Positions 33,053 to 36,886 of a stretch of 36,886 nt of DNA are shown here, in pieces. Position numbers and translations under genes: made by a program. The notes beneath the pieces were generated by a model. That model was not told the DNA's origin and ran no database searches. It saw nothing but the letters and a program-made list of their open reading frames with translations. The first letter of the stretch is position 1. Every line of letters begins with the position of its first letter. The stretch is taken from contig DATCUG010000626.1 in the NCBI GenBank assembly GCA_036567525.1, positions 1-36,886 on the forward strand, given 5' to 3'. Origin of the DNA: Streptosporangiaceae bacterium (GTDB lineage: Bacteria > Actinomycetota > Actinomycetes > Streptosporangiales > Streptosporangiaceae).

Positions 33053-33113
33053 AGTTGTATGGGGCAACTGTCACCATGAAAATGTACCATCCGGCCAGTT
33101 GTGCGGTACAACT
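33053..33113. promoter_or_regulatory. Two copies of a 17-bp palindromic motif (candidate MarR operators) in the divergent Wzm/MarR intergenic region
   Basis: AGTTGTATGGGGCAACT (33053-33069) and AGTTGTGCGGTACAACT (33097-33113) have identical arms AGTTG..CAACT and are both followed by GT. Centre-to-centre spacing is 44 bp. They sit in a locally AT-richer stretch. Confidence 0.5.
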
Positions 33114-33118
33114 GTTGG

Positions 33119-33691
33119 GTGAACGTCTCGGCCGAGGACTCCGAACTGGTTGGGCTGCTGACCCAGTTGCTCCGCGTGGTCAGCCCCGAGGGTACCGGAC
33201 CCGGAAACCCGGCTCCGGGGAACGGCCACGCTGGGGCAGGGCGCGCGCAGGCCGGCCCGCCTGGGCAGGCGGCCGCGCCCGGGGGGCCGCCCGGGCCGGA
33301 CGAGGCCGGGCCACCGCCGCTGCCGGTGCTGTCCACGTCCGAAGCCCGGGCCCTCATCGAGCTGGTCGCCGCCCGCGGCATCTCCCAGGGCCAGCTCGGC
33401 ACGCTGCTCGGCCTGGAAAAGAGCACGGTGAGCCGGCTGGCCGCCGGGCTGGAGCGCAAGGGCTGGATCGAGCGCGGCCGGGATGAGACCAACCAGCGCT
33501 ACATCCGGCTCTATCTCACCCCGGAGGGCAGCCGGGTCGCGGCCCTGGTCTGGCAGGCCTGGCAGTCCCGGCAGGCCCGCATCCTGTCCGGGCTGTCCGG
33601 CCGGGAGCGGGAAGGCCTGGCGGCCGGACTGCGCGGGCTGATCCGCGAACTGGCCGTGGAGCGGTCGGCCGGCGACCTGCCACCGGGCTAG
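33119..33691 (+). CDS. MarR-family transcriptional regulator with a Pro/Gly-rich N-terminal extension
   Basis: Winged-HTH core: LSTSEARALIELVAARGISQGQLGTLLGLEKSTVSRLAAGLERKGWIERGRDETNQRYIRLYLTPEG. Start placed at GTG 33119, because 33101 lies inside palindrome 2. Confidence 0.85.
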   Translation: MNVSAEDSELVGLLTQLLRVVSPEGTGPGNPAPGNGHAGAGRAQAGPPGQAAAPGGPPGPDEAGPPPLPVLSTSEARALIELVAARGISQGQLGTLLGLEKSTVSRLAAGLERKGWIERGRDETNQRYIRLYLTPEGSRVAALVWQAWQSRQARILSGLSGREREGLAAGLRGLIRELAVERSAGDLPPG

Positions 33692-33697
33692 CACCGG

Positions 33698-35557
33698 TTA
33701 CCGGCCGGCTGGCCGGTACACCCGCACACCGTCGGCCTGGTAGGCGAACCTGAAGCCGGTCAGCCGGAGCGCCCGCAATACCGGCTTGGACTGCTGCCAG
33801 ACCAGCACCCAGCCCACGTTCATCCGGCGCGCATTGCCCGCCGCCGCGGCGAACTGCGCGGCCGTGGTCCGGTGGTGGCCGCCCTGCGCGTTGAGCAGTA
33901 CCGCGTAGAACGGGTCGTGCTGGATCCCGGTCAGCGTGCTGGCCGGGATGCGGGAGATGAACGCGTCGCCCAGCGGGTGCTGGTCGGCCGTGGCCAGCAC
34001 CAGCGCCTCGGCCGGGAAGCCGTCGCCGATCACCGGCAGGCCGCCGCGGATGCCGAACGGCACATCCACCACGATCGACTTGGTGTGCTGCGCGGCGATC
34101 GGCCCGTCCAGCCTGGGCAGCGCGGTAGGCATGGTGCCGAGGCCCGGGTTGCCGGGCCAGCCGGCCTCCAGCACGGCCAGGGTCAGCACCGGGAACAAGG
34201 CCGCCCTGGCATGCGCCCGCAGCCACTCCACCGCCGCCCCGGCCAGCAGCGCCGCGGGCACCAGGCCCAGCTCGGTGAACCGGTTCGCCTCGCGGAAATC
34301 AGCTAGTCCGGGAATCTGCACGAACCAGGTGAACGGCATGATCATCGAGACCCGCACGCCGTGCATGACCGCGGCGAACGGCAGGTAGCCGTGCCGCCCG
34401 ATCCACAGTTCGGAGCCGAGCGACAGGGCCGCGCAGCCGGCCCACAGCAGGGCCAGCCGGCGCGCGGTCCGGCGCCGCCAGCAGACGGCCGCGCCGAACA
34501 GCGCCAGCGCGGTCAGCACCGCGCCCATCGTGACCACGGCCATGCTGTACGGGCCCTGGTAGTAGTACCGGCTGACCGCGGTGAGCCCGTATTCGGCCAC
34601 CCGTGGCGACGGCGCGAACAGCTGGTTCAGGGCCGCGCCCGAGGCCACGTAGTTCTGCGCGAGCTGCGTGTCCCGGCCGGCCGGGATCTGGCTCACGGTG
34701 GCCTGCTGGATCATCACCACGATCTGCGGGCTGGCCACCGCCACCGCGGTCAGCCCGGTCAGCCCGAGCTGCCGCAACTGTGACCAGCGTGGGCGGGAAA
34801 GGAGCCAGGGCAGCAGCACCAGCCCGGCCACCATGACGGCCAGCACGGCCGATTCCTGGTCGGTGAGCAGCGCCGCGCCGAGCACGGCGCCCAGCGCCAC
34901 CGCGGCCCGGGCCCGGCCGCCGCGGCGCAGCCGGACCGCCGCTTCCAGCGCCAGCGGCAGGAACAGCGCGCCCAGGGCCAGGTTCAGCTCGTACCAGCTG
35001 CGCCAGGCCAGCACCGGGGACAGCCCGAAGAACGCCCCGGCCGCGATCGCGCCGAACTGGGTGCGCAGCCAGAGCCGGGCGGCCCGGTACATCAGATAGC
35101 AGAGCAGCCCGGGACACAGAATGGACAGCAGGTTGTAGCTCGCGCTGGGACCGAACGCCAGCGTGACCGGGACCATCAGCACGCCGGGCAGCGGCATCAG
35201 CGTGTGGTACCCGAGACTCGACCCGACCGGCGCGGCCAGGTAGCTGGTGGTCCACGGGCTGGACAGGTGACTGAGCTGGTGCGCCACCCACCAGAAGTCC
35301 CAGACGTAGCCGCCTACGTCCCGGGTGTTGGGCAGCCGGCCCCACAGGAAGCTGACCCGGGGCCAGCTGACCGCCAGCCCGGTGATCAGGTAGCAGCCCA
35401 GCAGCACCAGCTGGCCGGTGCGCCGCCCGGGCTGCGCCGGGATAGCACGCCGAACCGGGACTGCCCGCCGGGCCGGCCCGGCGGGCAGAGCGGGGGCGGC
35501 CGGCCGAACCGGGGCCGCGGGCCGAGCCGGGGCGTCGCCCGCGTGAACCATAGCCAC
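33698..35557 (-). CDS. Large polytopic membrane protein, about 12 TM plus a ~150-aa C-terminal soluble domain; GT-C-fold-like putative glycosyltransferase (function not established)
   Basis: 619-aa ORF. TM segments are visible throughout. The first extracytoplasmic loop is rich in Asp/Trp (NTRDVGGYVWDFWWVAHQL). The architecture resembles polyprenyl-phosphate-sugar-dependent GT-C enzymes. I did not recognise a specific family. Confidence 0.55.
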   Translation of the reverse strand: MAMVHAGDAPARPAAPVRPAAPALPAGPARRAVPVRRAIPAQPGRRTGQLVLLGCYLITGLAVSWPRVSFLWGRLPNTRDVGGYVWDFWWVAHQLSHLSSPWTTSYLAAPVGSSLGYHTLMPLPGVLMVPVTLAFGPSASYNLLSILCPGLLCYLMYRAARLWLRTQFGAIAAGAFFGLSPVLAWRSWYELNLALGALFLPLALEAAVRLRRGGRARAAVALGAVLGAALLTDQESAVLAVMVAGLVLLPWLLSRPRWSQLRQLGLTGLTAVAVASPQIVVMIQQATVSQIPAGRDTQLAQNYVASGAALNQLFAPSPRVAEYGLTAVSRYYYQGPYSMAVVTMGAVLTALALFGAAVCWRRRTARRLALLWAGCAALSLGSELWIGRHGYLPFAAVMHGVRVSMIMPFTWFVQIPGLADFREANRFTELGLVPAALLAGAAVEWLRAHARAALFPVLTLAVLEAGWPGNPGLGTMPTALPRLDGPIAAQHTKSIVVDVPFGIRGGLPVIGDGFPAEALVLATADQHPLGDAFISRIPASTLTGIQHDPFYAVLLNAQGGHHRTTAAQFAAAAGNARRMNVGWVLVWQQSKPVLRALRLTGFRFAYQADGVRVYRPAGR

Positions 35558-35672
35558 CCCGTTCCGGGTCCGTCATCAATTGCGCCGTACTGACGCATTG
35601 ATTATGGAAGCCTGCGGAACATCAGGCGGGCAATTCCACTTACAGATCTCGAATGAAGTTCTTACGGATTTA

Positions 35673-36836
35673 TTAGCGGTTCGCGGGCCGGTACACCGAA
35701 ACCCCATCCATGCGATAGACGAACCGGAAGCCCGTTTGACTTAGATATTGGACAAGCGCGGGATTTTTATACCAGAGCAATACCCAGCCGATGTCCAGCC
35801 GCCGCGCACTCCGGCGCCCCGCCGCGATCTGCGCCGGGGTGAGCGGCGTGTAGGAGGCCGGAATCCGGTCAAACAAGGGGAGGTCCGCACCGGGCACGAG
35901 CGGTGCCTGGCGGGCCGGTGGCGTGTAATGCTGTGCATGCACGAGGTTCGCGTAGAACGGCTGCCGGTAGATCCCGTTGATGGTGGGCTGGGGCAGCCGG
36001 GACACGTAGGCAATAGACCGCGGATGGCCATCGGCGGTGGCCAGTACGAGCGCCTCGGCGGCGAACCGCCCGCCAGCCTCCGGAATGCCGCCGCGCAACC
36101 CGAACGGCACGTCGACCACGATGGACCGGGAAGGATCCGCGGCGATCCGGGCGTCCAGCCGGGGCAGCGCGGTGGGCATCGTGCCCACCCGCGGGTTGCC
36201 CGAGTAGCCCGACTCCAGCACGCCCAGCGCGACGACCAGGACGATCAGTGGCCGTGCGTGGTAGCGCATCCAGTCCACCGCCGCCCCGGCCAGCAGGGCC
36301 GCGGGCACCAGGCCGAGGATGGCCAGCCGGTCCGCCTCCCGGAAGCTGGACAGCCCGGGGATCCGGACGAACCAGGTGTACGGCATGACCGGCGACACCG
36401 TGACGCCATTCCAGTCCTGGGTGAACGGGACAAACTGCTTCTTCAGCACCCAGAGCGAGGCGCCCAGGGCCAGCGCGCAGCAGACCACCCAGAGCAGCGC
36501 CAGCAGCCAGGCGCTGCGCCGCCGCCAGGCGACGATGAGGCCCAGGACGGCCAGCGCGGTCAGCGTCACGCCGAACATCGGCAGGTTCTCGTTGTTCCGG
36601 CTGTGCAGGAACGGCTGGGCCAGCCCGGTCAGCCCGAAGTGCGCCACCCGGGGCGACGGCGCGAACATCCCGGGCAGCCCGATCCCGTACAGCTTGTCCG
36701 TCACGGCCAGCAGTGTGGGGTTGATGGCCAGCCCGCCGCGGACCGTCTCCTGGGCCATCGAGATGAGCTGCGGGCTGGCCACTACCGCGGTAACCCCGGC
36801 AGCCAGCGCGGCCGGCCACCATCTGGCCCGCATCAA
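35673..36836 (-). CDS. Paralog of 33698-35557 covering only its C-terminal ~60% (last ~5 TM plus soluble domain); the frame stays open to the window end
   Basis: It aligns by eye with paralog 1 from ..TAVVASPQ.. onward (FAPSPRVA.(F/Y)GLT, MPFTWFVQIPGL.(S/D)FREA(D/N)R, LGLVPAALLAGAAV(D/E)W, GTMPTALPRLD, SIVVDVPFG(L/I)RGG, AEALVLATAD, GWVL(L/V)W, GFRF.Y..DGV.VYRPA.R). Start TTG 36836 or ATG 36833. Upstream in-frame residues are Pro/Gly/Asp/Arg-rich, not TM-like. Confidence 0.6.
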   Translation of the reverse strand: MMRARWWPAALAAGVTAVVASPQLISMAQETVRGGLAINPTLLAVTDKLYGIGLPGMFAPSPRVAHFGLTGLAQPFLHSRNNENLPMFGVTLTALAVLGLIVAWRRRSAWLLALLWVVCCALALGASLWVLKKQFVPFTQDWNGVTVSPVMPYTWFVRIPGLSSFREADRLAILGLVPAALLAGAAVDWMRYHARPLIVLVVALGVLESGYSGNPRVGTMPTALPRLDARIAADPSRSIVVDVPFGLRGGIPEAGGRFAAEALVLATADGHPRSIAYVSRLPQPTINGIYRQPFYANLVHAQHYTPPARQAPLVPGADLPLFDRIPASYTPLTPAQIAAGRRSARRLDIGWVLLWYKNPALVQYLSQTGFRFVYRMDGVSVYRPANR

Positions 36837-36865
36837 CCGCGGCGCGAAGCGCCGACCGGGGGGTT

Positions 36866-36885
36866 CCGGGGGGTCGTCCCCCCGG
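36866..36885 (-). terminator. Strong GC hairpin at the window edge, possibly the terminator of the next upstream minus-strand gene
   Basis: CCGGGGGG (36866-36873), loop TCGT, CCCCCCGG (36878-36885): a perfect 8-bp stem. A second CCGGGGGG copy at 36856-36863 could pair alternatively. No U-tract, and the window is truncated here. Confidence 0.3.
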
Positions 36886-36886
36886 G

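Noticed and set aside
21044-36886. A genomic island integrated at tRNA-Leu. Accessory-looking genes lie downstream of the tRNA.
   Set aside because: There is no integrase, recombinase or transposase. I spotted no direct repeat of the tRNA 3' end, and overall GC and codon style look native. A tRNA-Leu next to fhaA is itself the conserved arrangement.
36856-36886. A 6C-type sRNA. Two C6 runs lie on the minus strand (ACCCCCCGGAACCCCCCGG).
   Set aside because: In the most stable fold the C-runs are in stems rather than displayed in two hairpin loops. The element is cut by the window edge and the reading frame is open through it. Evidence is insufficient.
1-36886. CRISPR arrays, rRNA genes, IS elements, prophage genes, and toxin-antitoxin or known defence-system genes.
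   Set aside because: I saw no regularly spaced repeats, no rRNA-like conserved stretches, no transposase/integrase/terminase-like translations, and no nuclease/helicase/ATPase combinations typical of defence islands in any plausible ORF.

Overview
High-GC (roughly 70%+) actinobacterial chromosomal DNA with dense coding on both strands. I saw no transposase, integrase, CRISPR array or rRNA.

Layout:
- 11.7-21.1 kb is the oriC-proximal actinobacterial cell-division/cell-wall block, in the same order as Mycobacterium Rv0009-Rv0020c: ppiA, rhomboid, crgA, pknB, pbpA, rodA, pstP, fhaB, fhaA, then tRNA-Leu(CAG). There is no pknA.
- 0-8.7 kb is housekeeping or miscellaneous: flavin reductase-like fragment, RibD-C/DHFR-like reductase, trpS, S51 peptidase, PPOX/F420 protein, SAM methyltransferase, ABM monooxygenase, pentapeptide-repeat protein, DUF2252 protein, and ATP-dependent DNA ligase LigB.
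- 21.3-36.9 kb looks more accessory: FAD oxidoreductase, USP, Fpg/Nei glycosylase, an SSI-type protease-inhibitor lipoprotein, three tandem GH25 muramidase paralogs (the last fused to Ig-like and double ricin-lectin modules), an orphan PAS-GAF-PAS histidine kinase, a Wzm/Wzt-type ABC-2 exporter divergent from a MarR gene, and two tandem paralogous polytopic GT-C-like membrane proteins.

Most interesting items:
1. A translationally coupled three-gene operon of unknown function at 8892-10902: a Tat-like anchored beta-rich protein, a 4-TM protein, and a secreted distant paralog of the first.
2. The MarR / Wzm-Wzt / duplicated GT-C-like membrane protein locus, with two 17-bp palindromes in the divergent promoter region.
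3. A 9-codon Trp-Trp leader ORF plus a GC hairpin upstream of trpS, which looks like a ribosome-mediated attenuator.
4. The triplicated GH25 genes, which share an N-terminal VGATHSP motif and a conserved 5' leader hairpin.

All family assignments come from motif recognition by eye. No database search was possible. Many start codons are inferred from SD-like motifs and gene overlaps, and may be off by a few codons.
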